Below are positions 26,823-40,190 of a stretch of 64,000 nt of DNA, in pieces (within the stretch, counting starts at the first letter, position 1; each line of letters opens with the position of its first letter). The stretch lies in contig NC_087447.1 of assembly GCF_036321535.1 (NCBI RefSeq), positions 36,706,001 through 36,770,000 on the forward strand. The letters are read 5' to 3'. Source of the stretch: Camelus dromedarius. Lineage: Eukaryota. A program made the position numbers and the translations under genes. The notes beneath the pieces were generated by a model. It did no database searches. It saw nothing but the letters and a program-made list of their open reading frames with translations, and was not told where the DNA came from.

Positions 26823-27020
26823 ATTCAATATGATAAGCATGGTGTCTGGGTGGAGTAGTTGGGTGTAATGGGGCCTCTGAGCTAACCTGCATGGCAAACT
26901 TATCTGATTAGGACTGGGTAAACTTTTTGGCCTCTGCTTTATTTGACCACTTCTAGGTTGTTTTCAAGATGTGAGGTGGTTCTTTTAGGATAGTAATAGT
27001 CAGTTTGGGAGGAGCATGCA

Positions 27021-27022
<2 letters not shown>

Positions 27023-27067
<45 letters not shown>

Positions 27068-27068
27068 C

Positions 27069-27103
<35 letters not shown>

Positions 27104-27119
27104 AAGAGAAAGAGAGAGA
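27023..27119. repeat. Compound microsatellite: (TG)22 followed by an imperfect (GA)n
   Basis: Direct read: perfect TG run at 27023-27066, then a GA/GACA/GAAA run. Confidence 0.97.
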
Positions 27120-27379
27120 TTGATAGGAGGAGAGATAGAAGGAGATGGTATAGCACAGTATAGCATGTCCCTTTGCTCTCAAACTTAATCAAATATTAAT
27201 CTTCTCTTGAGTGATTTGTTTAATCAGAATAACAAGGTTACATTTCACAGATCTATCTACATGACCATATCAACAATAGTGACAGAAAGTATATTTCTAT
27301 TTTCACGCTGCTTGAAAAACTGTCAGATTTTGACTTTTCTTTTCTTGCATTTTTCATAATAATGCTTGTTAAAAAAAAT

Positions 27380-27500
27380 TCTATTATGGAAAGCTTCCAA
27401 AACCACATAAAAGTAGGGAGCATAATGAGCCCTTATGAAAATCCATCATCTAGTTTTAAAAATCTTCAATATTTCCTATTGTTATTTCATCTATCCAGCC
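27380..27500 (-). mobile_element. L1ME-like extreme 3' fragment
   Basis: tattatggaaagcttccaaa...aaagtag...ataatgagccc...ccatcatctag. Confidence 0.45.
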
Positions 27501-28599
27501 ACTTTTTTTGACTTGATTAAAGTTTAATTTAAAAATGTAAATTATAGAATATGTCAAACACATTGAAACTAATAGACATCCAAATTTTCTGCTGCCACTA
27601 TTTAATTGATATTAATATTTGTCATTTGTGTTTTTTATATCAAACGTGAGGATGAGGTTGCAATAACTGAAAGGTGGAAAATAGGGACAAGGCTGAGGAA
27701 ATAGAGGATGAGTATGGTAAAAAGCATTTGATAATTTCTCAAAATATACCTGTTAGCATTTCTTTTTTTATGAGACAGAATTCTACATAACAATTCATGT
27801 AGCTCATAAATGCCTCATTGACATATTGATCATCATATCAGACATAGGAATATCTCAGTTATTTTGGTTTGACCTTCATTTTGGTTCCTATGGTTGTCTT
27901 GGAGTATTCCTGTCCTTGATATATACTAACAAGTTCTTGCTGTCAGGTGTGCCTGTTGGGAAGCCACTGACAGTCCATGAAATGCCAAAACTTTTGTTGT
28001 TGTCATTGGTTAGCCACAAAGCTAAGCTGCACTGATCCCAGTACACACTGAGATACTTTTATCTGACACCTTGTTCTGAAAATAACAGTGGACTCTGGAA
28101 GTCTGTAAAAGACATCTTTTTGTTAGAGAAGGAAATTCTCTTCAGAAGCACTAAATAAGACGATAACTGGAAGTTCATTAACTTAGAAAAAAACTATGAT
28201 ATTAAGCTATATTTCAAGAAGTTCAGTTTCTTAAGTGTATGAGTACTTTTACCTTGGAGTAATACATCTTGCTATTTCATAGGGCATATAGCAGGAAATG
28301 ATTTATAATGTTATTTTTCTATATCAAAATTTTGGTTACTTGGAGAAATCAAAGAATAGAAAATACAAGCAAATGAATATTATTTATTGAGGGTTCTTCA
28401 GGAAGCTCATTTGTTTTCATACCTATTGAAAATGTTTACACAAATTTTAGGTAATTTTCCTACTATGGCAGATCACTATAGGTAATATAATTGAATACGC
28501 TTTTATTGATTCAGGATCGGGTAAATCTCAGAGGTATCACTGAATCTGTGATCACCATATGGAATGGCTTGATGGACTGTATAGAAAACTGAGTAAATT

Positions 28600-28670
28600 G
28601 TTCATTCATTCATTCACAAACATTTATTGAGCTCCTCTTGTGTGCAATATACAGTGCCAGGCACTGGAAA
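28600..28670 (-). mobile_element. L2 3' tail
   Basis: ttcattcattcattcacaaacatttattgagc...gtgccaggcactgg. Confidence 0.8.
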
Positions 28671-29274
28671 GTTAGAGAATACCTTGGACATTTTTAATTT
28701 TAAAATTTCTTCTTGAATTATTATTTTTATGATTACTCTTTTCTATCAGTTTAATGTAAAATAAATCCAGTTAGTTAGTGTTATGTTTGTTGTAATCCAG
28801 TTAATTGAGATTTTAACATCACTTATTTTGTTTCTCATAATGATAAAAACTGGAATGTATGATTTATCTATGGTCCAGTTAGCTTCACTTGATTGCACCT
28901 GCCCTTCCAAATCATCTGTTCCATATAACAAATTATACTTCATAAGGTAGAGCTGAAGTAAGTGCTATGTGCTTTTTATGTACATGAGGTATGTGCTAAT
29001 GGTCATACATACAAAGAAGTAGGTGTTTAGAGTTTAGGATGTTTTGTCATCACTGAAAATTAATTCAATATATTCAACAAATTAAATGGGCACAGTAAAT
29101 AACAGGCACATGAGACAAAAATTGGAATAAAATACAGCTTGACCAGAAGAGGTTCAAAAGGGAAGTAGCAGAGGGTAGGTTTGATTATGGATGTGGGGGC
29201 AGACTGGTGCACCTGAACTTCTATAGTAACTGTGCTTCCCCTACAAAAGCACTGCCAGCTCTCTTTCATATTTG

Positions 29275-29420
29275 CCACATTACGTGCCTGTATTTCCTAC
29301 TAAACTGAAGCTCATCTGGGGTGAGCACCTTATTTTTAATTCATCTTTTCCTCTCTAGAACCTAGCACATTGCCTGGGACATAAGAGGTGAGCAATAAGT
29401 ATCTGTCGGGTGAGTGAATA
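29275..29420 (+). mobile_element. L2 3' end
   Basis: actaaactgaagctc...cctagcacattgcctgggacata...caataagtatctgt. Confidence 0.75.
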
Positions 29421-29450
29421 TAAAGAGTTGTATTAATATAAAATAGTTCT

Positions 29451-29483
29451 ATAATAGAAGCATGAATAATAGAAGCATGAATA
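29451..29483. repeat. 15-bp tandem duplication (ataatagaagcatga x2)
   Basis: Direct read. Confidence 0.9.
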
Positions 29484-30898
29484 AACAGGGGAGCATAGGA
29501 TAAGGAGTAGAGGAGATCTAAAACATTTTCTTTGAAGTGTGAAAGTTTGAAAATATTTCTATATCTAGATCTACTTAAAACTAGTTTTTTTTTGTATTTT
29601 GTCAGAACATATGTAGCAGATATTTGTGCCTAGTAATTTGATGATGACATTTGCAAATTATGAAATAATACCTGCAGCAATAAAAACTAAATTATGTTCA
29701 GTAGCAAATAACCTAAATTCTATGAAAATTAATAACCCATGCACTATAAATATAGTAGCTCTGTTAATTAGATTATTTGATTAGCATGAACACCCAGTTC
29801 TCTACTACAATACATACCAGAGGCAGTTTGGTAGACTTGAGAGAGAGGGTGTCTGTAGTCTTAGGTAATTAGAGTTAACATTTCAGTGTTGAAAACAACA
29901 CTTCTTTTCTGTTAAATATTAGCCTAAGAAGGAAAAAGCCTTCCATCTCATTATTAAGTGTAAGCACATTATTTAAATATCAGCATTAGAAACTGCATAA
30001 TTACAATCTGAACTTGGTTATCTTTTATATTTTTCAGCAAATCATATCTTTCAAGAAGACAGACATATTTTTAGTTATTTTCAACCTATAGCTGTTTAGA
30101 GGAGAATTACATGGATCTGAAGAACTTTTTTTTTTAAGTAAATGAAATTATAGAACATTATTACTATTGAATGGAGTTTCTTACTTGGCTTACCAAATCA
30201 TGCTAGAAAATATGGCAAATACTATTCTTGTTATAAATACAGGTTCAATTATATCATTTACTTGAGAAAATTTATTGTGATAAGTGGTTCTAAATAGCAT
30301 AAAATCAAAGTAAAAAAGGCTTAGAATAAGTTTTAGCAACTTTAATTAAAATAAAAATTAAAGCCACATAAATTATTTCTTAGTATTTTTACAAAGGATT
30401 CTCTTATGGTAGTGTTGTAATGTTTATGTATGTTTGTGTTCACGATCCCTTTTGTCAATTATGATGTAAAGAAAATCATCTTTTGATAAACTGTACAGAG
30501 ATACTTGACTTGGAATAATTAATTGTTTCAGTTTTTAAGCATAATTATGTTGGACACTTCCATTTTGCAACACAAAATCATCTACTTTTTCTTATAAAAC
30601 CATTCAAGAATTCTAGTCAATGTTTTTAATGTTATATTTCTTTTTAATATCTTTAACCAAATCTAACTTTTAAAAAGTAAATTGCCACATTTTCTTCTTT
30701 ATGGATTATTTGTAACTAATAAAAATTGCCTGTATCTTGCATGAATACCATTTGAGTCATTTGCTACCCAGTATTTGGTTTGGATATTCCCATTCAATTG
30801 ACATGAACTGAGTGGTATTGTAATAGAAGTTTTCATTTTTATATTTGACTTTCAGCCTTAGCAAAGTCATATATAAAGATAAATTTATCTATTACAGG

Positions 30899-31030
30899 TT
30901 TCTCTCTCTCTTTCTCTCTCTCTGTCTCTCTCTCTATATATTTATTGGGTACATATACATATGTACCCAATAAATTTCTCTCTCCCCCTCTGTATATGTA
31001 TCTATTTATTGGGTACCATATGGTACCCAA
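30899..31030. repeat. (CT)n tract followed by two related perfect inverted repeats
   Basis: 17-bp arms at 30940-30956 and 30959-30975; 22-bp palindrome at 31009-31030. Confidence 0.9.
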
Positions 31031-34000
31031 AAATTTTGATTCTATCATTTTTAATATGGGCAATTTAAAGAGTTGTATTGTTATCTTGCCAAAATAGTAG
31101 GCAAATATATGTGTGTTTGTGTATGATCAGACTTCAAGTAGTGAGAGTATTACTTTAGGAACATGAAATTCCTAAAATATCCTTAATTTTCATAGCAGAT
31201 AAAGTAGTAATGAATTATCAAAATGTATAGTTTTTTAAATGTACAAAAATTAATACTTAGTCTGATTTTTCTTTAAATAACCCACAAATTCATACTTCTT
31301 TGCTATCATCTAAATAATAATAACACGGAATTCAACAATAATGAATTATTTGTATTTTTAAAAGTTACAAATAGACTTGAAAAACTGATAAGGATCAAGT
31401 TCTTATTATATTAATGTTTTTATAACTGCTAAATTTTTGTTTTTTGAAGAGAGTTAGTGATACTCTTATAGTCTCTAGCTGGAATAGTTTCCATATCTTA
31501 TAAATATCATAGGGGTTCAGAGATTAATCATATACACTATTTTTTAGAATTGAATTTTATCATGAAACAAATAAATATAATTATTTTAACAGATTATAAT
31601 TATTTTGTAACAGATTAATATTATAGATTTGAACTTTTAATCTAGCATTATTTAAGTTTTATGATGCTTAGAGATGACAGTTTTTGGTGAGCTGGATTTG
31701 TTGCTCTGATTTCCCACAAAATTTCTCCTTTCTTAAAATATTACTACACTGAAGCAATTAATTAGAAATAGTCTAAGTAAATGAACATATTGATGATGAA
31801 TTTTGACAAAGAAAACATATTTTTGCATTAAAATTGGAATAGCAAAAGCTTTTTGTCCTGGAAAACTAACATCTAAGAGAGCAGCCATTTTTAAAATAAA
31901 GGTATCAAGAAATAGTTATAACTGATCAGTTTGCTATTTCAATATTCAAGAAAATTTTGTATTAATCTCCACTGCACAATCATTTCATATGTAATGGTCT
32001 AGTAGTTAAACTTGTAAATATATTTTAAAAATAAACTTTATCTTGAATCTAGAAAATCTTTCAGTTTGATGTGAAGCAAATCAAATGAACATCTGTACAT
32101 CTTTCCAATAAAGACTGGTGGCATAGTTTTATTGCATTTTATCAAATGCAAATATTTATTATCCTTTTATCAAACTCAGTAAAAGAGTTACTTGATTGTA
32201 TCTCTTCATCTCAATAGGAGGAATCGATGGGGAAGCATTTTATTTGGGTTTCATAACTATATGTTTTATTATGAAATGAATATATGAAAGCATTGCTGCT
32301 AAAATTATTAGTTGAGATTCATGAGATAAGGCATGCTAAATTAATTTTTTATTGCAACAAATGGGCCTTATTGTTTTCCCTATATTTCTCAAATCTTTAT
32401 TGCCCTTTTTAGTATAAAGGTGTATGATAAATTTATGTCTATATCGCATAACTTTATGTATGTGTTTATATTTGTATATGCATATAATTCAGTGGCAATA
32501 CACATGATAATATCATGCATTTTAAAAAATCTAGAGATAGGAATTTTTGTTGGTCTGGGGAAAGTCACCCTCTGAATATCTTGTAAAATTGGGATATTAT
32601 TATCACCTACTTGATACTGTTAAATAATTTGTTAAATGAAAGTTGAATAAGATAAAGTGTTGAAATTCACTTGTCTGAATTAAGTATGATATTAACAGAT
32701 ATTAATATGGAATCTGTATGTTTGGTATAGTTACCACCTATAGGTACTTATTATAAAGTATGTTTTTTATATGTATTTCATCTAGTAAATATATATTTTA
32801 CTTATGCCTGATAGCCAGTGAAGTTTTACTGGGCTTAGAGTTTTTGTTTCCATCATTTCCATCGTTTCTGAAAGTTTTACTTTTGTTTCTGAGAAACAGT
32901 AGGAGAAATCACATATATCAATATCAATATATTTTTACATAAATATATTTGTGTGTATGTGAGGAAATTACTCTATCTTTTAGAAAAAGATATTCATAAT
33001 TTTGATACTAGTAAGTCATGTGTTTGTCATTCAGATCGCAAATAAGTTAACATAAAAAAGCTTCTTTGACGCTGTAGTTTTGGTCTCTGTTACATGGAGA
33101 GAGCGAGCATGCAGGCAAGTTAGCAATGGAACACATGTATACAACTAAAGGCAATTTGAAAGGCTGTGACTTATGAACATTTGACATCTTTGCTCTTTTT
33201 TTTTTCACAAGAGGTTTATTTTATTGGTGTTAAAGATTTTGGACTTTACTTCTCCTAATACTTGGAAACTTCTTTGGAAGGCCAGATAGAGAATGAATAA
33301 AAGAACTCTATTTAACTCTTGCTTGATGGTAGCTACAAGGAATTTTATCCTGTTTCCACTATGCTACTCTGTTGAGAGTTGATTCTTTCAGATTGTGGGG
33401 ATGATTTAAGTCAAATATAATTAAATTGACCTGCTATAATACCAGAGCACATTTTGTTCTTACTAAAAGTGAATTTGATTTCTATCAATACATAGTGTTT
33501 GTATGACACAAGGACAGTTAAAGAAAAGGAATTTATTGAATAGTATATTATCACACTTATAAGCAATTATGAATATATGCATGTTGTATAGTTAAACACA
33601 TATCATACAACGTAGAGATTCCTCTTTTCCTATTTGTTTTTAAAAATGCATATCTAAGCATATAAAGAAATCAGCTGTATACAAGATAAATGAATCTCTT
33701 TAACTACTGGTACGAGTAGTCACTTGGTGAGAAAGTAGCTTATGGTCTGCAGGAAAACACAACAATTTCACTTGGATTGGGTTTTAAGCAAGTCATTGTT
33801 TCATTTGGAAAATGTGAAATCGGTGAATGGGCTTGTTCTCTTTGTAGAGGATTACAATAACACACGGAAGCTTATGAGTGCTTCTGACAGATGTGTTGGC
33901 GGTTTGCCACAAAGCGAAGGGTGCGGCCCTGACTGACAACTTGCAATTATATTATGATGAATGGTTCTGATGTGTGTTCAAGAGAAAACCACTTTCTAGA

Positions 34001-34890
34001 AAGTGAAAGTCATACATACGGTTCCTATTAAAAAAATCAGCTCAAATAAAGTATCATAACTTTCATTTTATCTTAGCATTTGGTGGGCTAGCCAATTTAA
34101 GTGTTTCTCCTTTCACAAAGGTCTCTGTTTTTGATAAATTAAGGACCAAATCCAAAATTTTTGTGGGGAAAACTAATTTGATACCAGATTTGGCATCAAA
34201 ATTACTTTATCTGCATTTTCAAAAAAACTGACATCTCAAAGATCTCTCTAACAGTTACACAAACACTGAAAATGTAGACACATGTCCATACTGTGGCCAA
34301 TATGATTATTAGAGTCAAGTATTCAAATAGAAACTGCTCTTTTTTGATTAAGTCACTTTTCTTCTTCTCGATAGGTTTTATTTTTTGCTTTAACATTGAA
34401 AAACAATGTATCCAAACAACACAAGTGGACCAAAGCTTTGGATCGTTTTGAAATTGTCTTACCATTTTCGGATTTAATTTATTTTAAGAAAAATCTGAAT
34501 ATAGCATCAAAGTGTAGATTTTTCAAGAGTTATTATGCCTCATCATACACAATTTCATTATTCAGTGATGAAGCTAAACATAGAGTATGTATTAATGAAA
34601 CTGGTATTTTTATCTTCATAAATTAAGAAAAAATTGGTTTTCAAAAATAAAATCAAATAAAAATGTGAAGTTAGGTTTTGAATGTCTTTTATTGCACAAT
34701 ACTTAAATTGTGCAATTTTGGAAGCAACTTTCAGCATATAGACATAGCACATCTTATTTAAAATACTGTTATTTTAAAAGTGTAAATTTTTGTCTGATCT
34801 CTGAGGAGTCCAAGTCATGATATTTTTGCAGTTAGTCAGGGAACACTTTATTTGTAAATTCATTCAATATTTGTTGAGCAGTGACCACTC

Positions 34891-35604
34891 TTTATTTTTC
34901 AATTGAACTATCATTGATTTACAATATTGTGTTAGTTTCAGGTATACAGAAAAGTGATTCATTTCCATATATATACATGTTATTTTAGATTCTTTTCCAT
35001 TATAGGTTATTACAAGATATTGAATATAGTTCTTGTGCTATACAGTAAATCCTTGTTATTTATCTTTTTATATATAGTGGTGTGTATCTGTTAATTCCAT
35101 TCCCCAAAATTATCCCTCCCCTTCCCCTTTCCCGTGTGGTAACCATAAGTTTGTTTCCTATATCTGTGAGTCTGTTTCTGTTTTTTAAATAATTTGATTT
35201 GTATTATTTTTTAGATTCCACATATGAGTGATATTATATAGTATTTGTCTTTGATTTCACTTAGTATGATCATCTCTAGGTCAATCCATGTTGCAGAAAA
35301 TGGTGATATTTCATTCTTTTTATGGCTGAATAATATTTCATTATATATATACAATATCTTCTTTATTCATTTTCTGTTGACGGACACTTATGTTGCTTAC
35401 ATGTCTTGACTATTGTGAATAATGCTGTTACAAACATTTGTGTGCATGTATCTTTTTGAATTAGAGTTTTCCCCTTTTCCAAATATATGCACAGGAGTGG
35501 GATTGCTGGATCTTTGGTAATTCTATTTTTACTTTTAAAGGAACCTCTATACTGTTTTCTGCATGGGCTGTACCAATTTACATTCTCACCAACAGTGTAG
35601 GAGA
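34891..35604 (-). mobile_element. L1 3' fragment (cetartiodactyl-type 3' UTR plus ORF2 end)
   Basis: tgatttacaatattgtgttagtttcaggtatacag...ggtaaccataagtttgtt...aggagtgggattgctgg...accaacagtgtaggag. Confidence 0.9.
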
Positions 35605-37139
35605 CAGGGAATACTTACTAAAGATATTTAGTAAGCACCATTGTAGTTATGAAGACAAATTTCAAACATATGATGTAATATTTAGCATAGAAAGGAAAAT
35701 ATACAGCCATAATAGCCAAACTCTTCAGAGGTAATCACATAAAAATAAGACTTTAAATAATATTATTTTTAAAAGGTAATCTCAAACCTGGAGAAAGAGG
35801 GATTACTGATTTACCCTAAATTAGTCATAATTTATTAGATTATTTTGTTTTGTATAAATTAAATTCATATAAGATCATATAAAGATTTGAAACAGTACAA
35901 AAACAACTTTTGAGTGTCTTTAAGTCTTGGTTTTTGTATCCAGTTTTTGTCTTGGGACTTGTTTTTCTCAAATTCCCTTTGTGACATTTAGGGTGTGTCA
36001 ACTGTGGTATTTTAATAGTGAGACATTTCATTGTTATTGAAATAAATTAAATCTTTCATAGTGAAAGAGTAGCAATGTAGAAACTACAGAATTCTAGTGC
36101 AAGAATCAGGAGTCCTGCAGTTTCACTGTATATAGAACTGAAAAAAAAAAAAAGACATTCACATAGGCTTTTACTGTTTTGGCTCAGTTCACGTTAGTCT
36201 TCCCGAGGGATTATCATTTACCCTTCCAACCTGTACATTGAAGAACAAGGACATGAGGTCTCAGTCAACTAGTGTTTTCTGTTTGTGTGTCCGTTTTTGG
36301 AGCCCTCTGACTTTCCCTTACATGATCAGATTTAGGCTGAATTCTAGCCTCATTTGATAATGTATTTAAGAATTTTCTGTCATTTGAGCCCTTATTGATA
36401 AAGTGGTTTGTAGTTTTTATCTTCATAAATGTCTTAGTTGTCAGTTAAAACATGTCATTTTTACCTAGAGGTTTCTTTTACCATCTAGGTTATCTCACTC
36501 TGTTCCTTTTTTTTACTTCCAAACTCTAAAGCTGAAATGTTGTTGCTATGGGGCCCCAATTGATGTGCTTGATGTGCAGTTATTACCTGGAAGAGGAGCA
36601 TTCACCAGCCATTTGCAGGTGCAAGTTAAGGCCTGTTAGAAAGCTTGGCATCTAAGCTGTGATCGCTGAGTAATATCTTCTAGTATATAGTTTTGATCAC
36701 TTGGAGTGTGTATTTATGGGAAGAAGGTAGATTGTATTGTTTTATATGTGTACCATAGGTCATAATTATTATGTTTATAAGATAATAAACTCATTAGGAC
36801 ATTACGTCTTGTTGAGGGTATTTGATACTTTTGTTTTTAACTTGAAAACTCTCAGGTAGGTAATAATTAATTTCATTTGGGATATTTTATTTAAATGGAA
36901 GGTATGAAGTGCATGTTTTCTTTGTTTTTTTATGTTTTTTCATTATTCGCTGTTTTGAAAATAAGCTAGGCTAAACAGTGGTAGAAAAAGAGGTAAATCC
37001 ATTTTTCCTCTTAAGTGGCTGCAGTGAGGTGAATCAAAATTTCATAAGATTTCGGTAAAATTTGCCTTGACTGTTCTTCATTGATCCCATCATTGATTTT
37101 ATTTATTTTTTATTTTTTATTTTTTTTGCTGTGACATTA

Positions 37140-37335
37140 ATCAAGTACTTTCTGTCACACCAGTCACTGGCTAAGTGCTTTTTATACACGATCTCATTTA
37201 GTAGATATAAATACTATTATTATCCTTACTTTGCTAATGATGAAATTGACTTAATCAAGGCCACGAAGTTAATAATTGACAGAACCTATATTTGAAACCA
37301 TGTTGAATAACTCCCAACCCAATGTGATTAACTGT
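37140..37335 (-). mobile_element. MIR SINE
   Basis: gctaagtgctttt...atctcattta...tattattatcc...atgatgaaattga...aaggccac...atttgaaacca. Confidence 0.7.
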
Positions 37336-37628
37336 CAAGCTTACTATAAGGAAACTTGGTTATAAAGTGAGGCTCCACATTCCCCTCCTCCAGCAGAGCG
37401 GGAAAGGAAGATAAAATGAATGTGGGATTTTCTTTCTTCACCTCTGATACAAAGATGGTTTGTAGTCTTTGAGGCAGTTACTGCTTTAGGCTGAGGGATG
37501 AATGGAAGGTAGGATGAAGAGGATCTACTCTTTGTTAAATATTTATGGAAGATGCCAGGCTTTCTTAAGCACTGCAGTTTTTCCTTTCTGTCCTATTGGC
37601 CTCTTTCTGGGATATGCTGTTCACATAG

Positions 37629-38008
37629 TGTCTTAGTCAGCTCAGGCTACCATAACAAAATACCATAGACCGATGGATTAAACAACAGAGTTTATTTCTC
37701 ATAGTTCTGGAGGATGGGAAGTCCAAGATTGAGATGCCAGCTGATTCAGTTCCTGGGGAGAGCTCTCTTTTTGGCTTGCAGACCTTCACCTTCTCACTGT
37801 GTCCTTACAGGGCTGAAAGAGGGTCAGCAAGGGGGGATACTCTCTGATACCTCTTCTTATAAGGACACTAATCCAATCATGAGGGCTCCAATCTCATGAC
37901 CTCATCTAACCCTAATTAGCTCCCATGACCCCATCTCCAAATACCATTACGTTGGGTATAAGGACTTCAATATATGAATTTTCAGGGGAAACAGTTCAGT
38001 TCATGACA
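37629..38008 (-). mobile_element. MaLR solo LTR (MLT1A/MLT1A0-like), full length
   Basis: TG...CA bounded; ccataacaaaataccatagac, agttctggagg.tgggaagtccaagat, cttataaggacactaatcc, tcaatatatgaatttt. Confidence 0.9.
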
Positions 38009-38038
38009 TATAATCTTCCCACACCCTTTAAGTTCTTT

Positions 38039-38840
38039 TCAAAAGTCCACAAATGACAAATACTGGAGAGGCTGTGGAAAAAAGGGAACCCTCATACACA
38101 GCTGGTGGGAATGCAGTTTGGTGCAGCTACTGTGGAAAACAGTATGGAGAATCCTCAAAAGACTAGGAATAGACTTACCATATGACCCAGTAATCCCACT
38201 CCTGGGCACATATCCAGAAGGAACCCTACTTCAAAATGACACCTGCACCACAGTGTTAATAGCAGCACTATTTACAATAGCCAAGAATGGTAACAGCCTA
38301 AATGTCCATCAACAGATGACTGGATAAAGACGATGTGGTGTATTTATACAATGGAATACTATTCAGCCATAAAAATGACAACATAATGCCATTTGCAGGA
38401 TCATGGATGTCCCTGGAGAATGTCATTCTAAGTGAAGCCAGAAAGAGAAAGAAAAATACCATATGAAATTGCTCATATGTGGAATCTAAAAAAAAAAATA
38501 AAAGAAAGAAAAAAAAGATGAACATAAATACAAAACAGAAACAGACTCATAGACATAGAATACAAACTTGTGATTGCCAGGGGGGAGGTGGGTGGGAAGG
38601 GACAGTCTGGGAGTTTGAAATTTGTAGACACTGACAGATATATATATAGAATAGATAAACAAGATTATACTGTATAGCACAGGGAAATATATACAAGATC
38701 TTGTGATAGCTCACGGTGAAACAGTATGTGACAATGAATATATGTATGTTCATGTATAACTGAAAAATTGTGTCCTACACTGGAAATTGACACAACATTG
38801 TAAACTGACTATAACTCAATAAAATAAAATTAAAAAAAAA
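38039..38840 (+). mobile_element. Young 5'-truncated L1 with poly(A) tail and TSD
   Basis: ORF 38118-38327 [29 protein letters not shown] is the ORF2 C-terminus; aataaa plus A tail; aagttcttt at 38030-38038 and 38839-38847. Confidence 0.95.
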
Positions 38841-39073
38841 GTTCTTTGCCTTAGAACTAGGGTTCTGTGGTGACAGTGATTAACATTTAGCTTCTTCCAC
38901 TAAAGTGTTCTTTGATGCTAGATGTGATAGACATTATGGCTCAGATTAAGTTATCTTTTACTAAGTGACACACTCTGTGTAAAAACTGAGTTTCTCAAAT
39001 ATTATCTCTGGGTTTTTGCAGGAAATTGAGGCTCAGTTATGCTTCAGGTGGCATAAGTAGTAAATGGTAAAAC

Positions 39074-39590
39074 TTAGTTAGGGATGTGTTAGGCTGCAGG
39101 TATCAACAGCATAACAAAACAAACAAAGCAAAATATCCAATCCATCTTAGCTTAAAGAAATAGGTTTTTAATATACTCATATTTCTATATGTTATAATAT
39201 ATAACATATTTAATATATAAATAATATATATTAACATAACAAGAAGTCCGATGTAAGTAGTGTCTAGTACTGGTACAGGACGTTAATTAACAATGTTAGA
39301 ACTTGACCTGCATCCCTGCAATTCTGGCCATCTTTATTATAAGTTGGGCATAATAGCTTACATTCTAAGAGAGGGAGCAGAGGATGGTACATGGTAGAGT
39401 ACCTCTTTTTTTTAAAAATCAAGATAAGAAGATCTTTCCCAGAAGCCCCAGAGAAGGCATTCTCCTATGTCTCATTGTCTAGAACTAGATTGTATGGTCT
39501 GTGGGCCTAGTTATAAAGGAGACTAGTAAAGCAAACATTTTGCTTTACCAGCTTCTCTAATGGAAAGCAGGTGAAGGATATGTAATTATG
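39074..39590 (-). mobile_element. Old MaLR LTR (MLT1J/K/L-like)
   Basis: cataacaagaagtcc, ctttcccagaagcccca, tatgtctcattgtctagaact motifs. Confidence 0.55.
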
Positions 39591-40032
39591 AGTGGCTTTA
39601 TATTTTTCACCATTTGTAAGACAGTGTCTAAGAGGGTATTTACTGTCTGATGTGAGGAAAGCCAGCATAGTGTGTGAAATGATTTCATGTGATAACAAAA
39701 AACTGGACAAATTTTCAAAGAAAGCAAAATACATCTTTGGTGGCCTTGTATAAGTTGCCACCCCTCCGCCAACTGTGCAACTGTCTCTGGTTGCTCTTGC
39801 TGAATTATCTCCTTCTGTAAAATTAACCTTGCTTCCTTTCCCCTCATCAAATAGGCCCTTTGCACAAGTAGTCTTAGGTGATACTAGAAAAAAATCTAGT
39901 TATTTGATTAAAATATTTCACAATATAATGACCAATTGGCTTAACTCTCCAGAAGGAAGAGCTGTTTTGTTCTAAAGATGAGTTTAGAAATTGCAAAGAA
40001 TTCTTTGTGTAATATATGAGGGATTTGAGCAA

Positions 40033-40190
40033 ATGTATTATGAAAAAAATTCAAGCATACAAAAATATAGAGAAAATGGTATGATGAACCTTCATGTACC
40101 TATTACCTAGATTCTAGTATTTTCAAGAATTTTCTACTCTATGTTCATTAGTCTTTCTTTTCTTTTCCTTTTATTTTTTTTTTTCTGAAA
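40033..40190 (-). mobile_element. L1ME-like 3' fragment
   Basis: tattatgaaaaaaattcaagcatacaaaaatatagagaa...atgaaccttcatgtacctattacctag. Confidence 0.6.

Noticed and set aside
26939..27192. HT/SL-repeat ORFs in three frames
   Set aside because: These are translations of the (CA)n/(CT)n microsatellite.
28515..28592. Possible + strand exon (DRVNLRGITESVITIWNGLMDCIEN*)
   Set aside because: Interrupted pyrimidine tract, weak donor and no recognisable peptide.
33954..33970. C/D-box snoRNA-like atgatga...ctga
   Set aside because: The boxes are only a few nucleotides apart, far too close for a snoRNA.
35614..35635. 9-bp stem cttactaaa/tttagtaag
   Set aside because: AT-rich and short, so compatible with chance.
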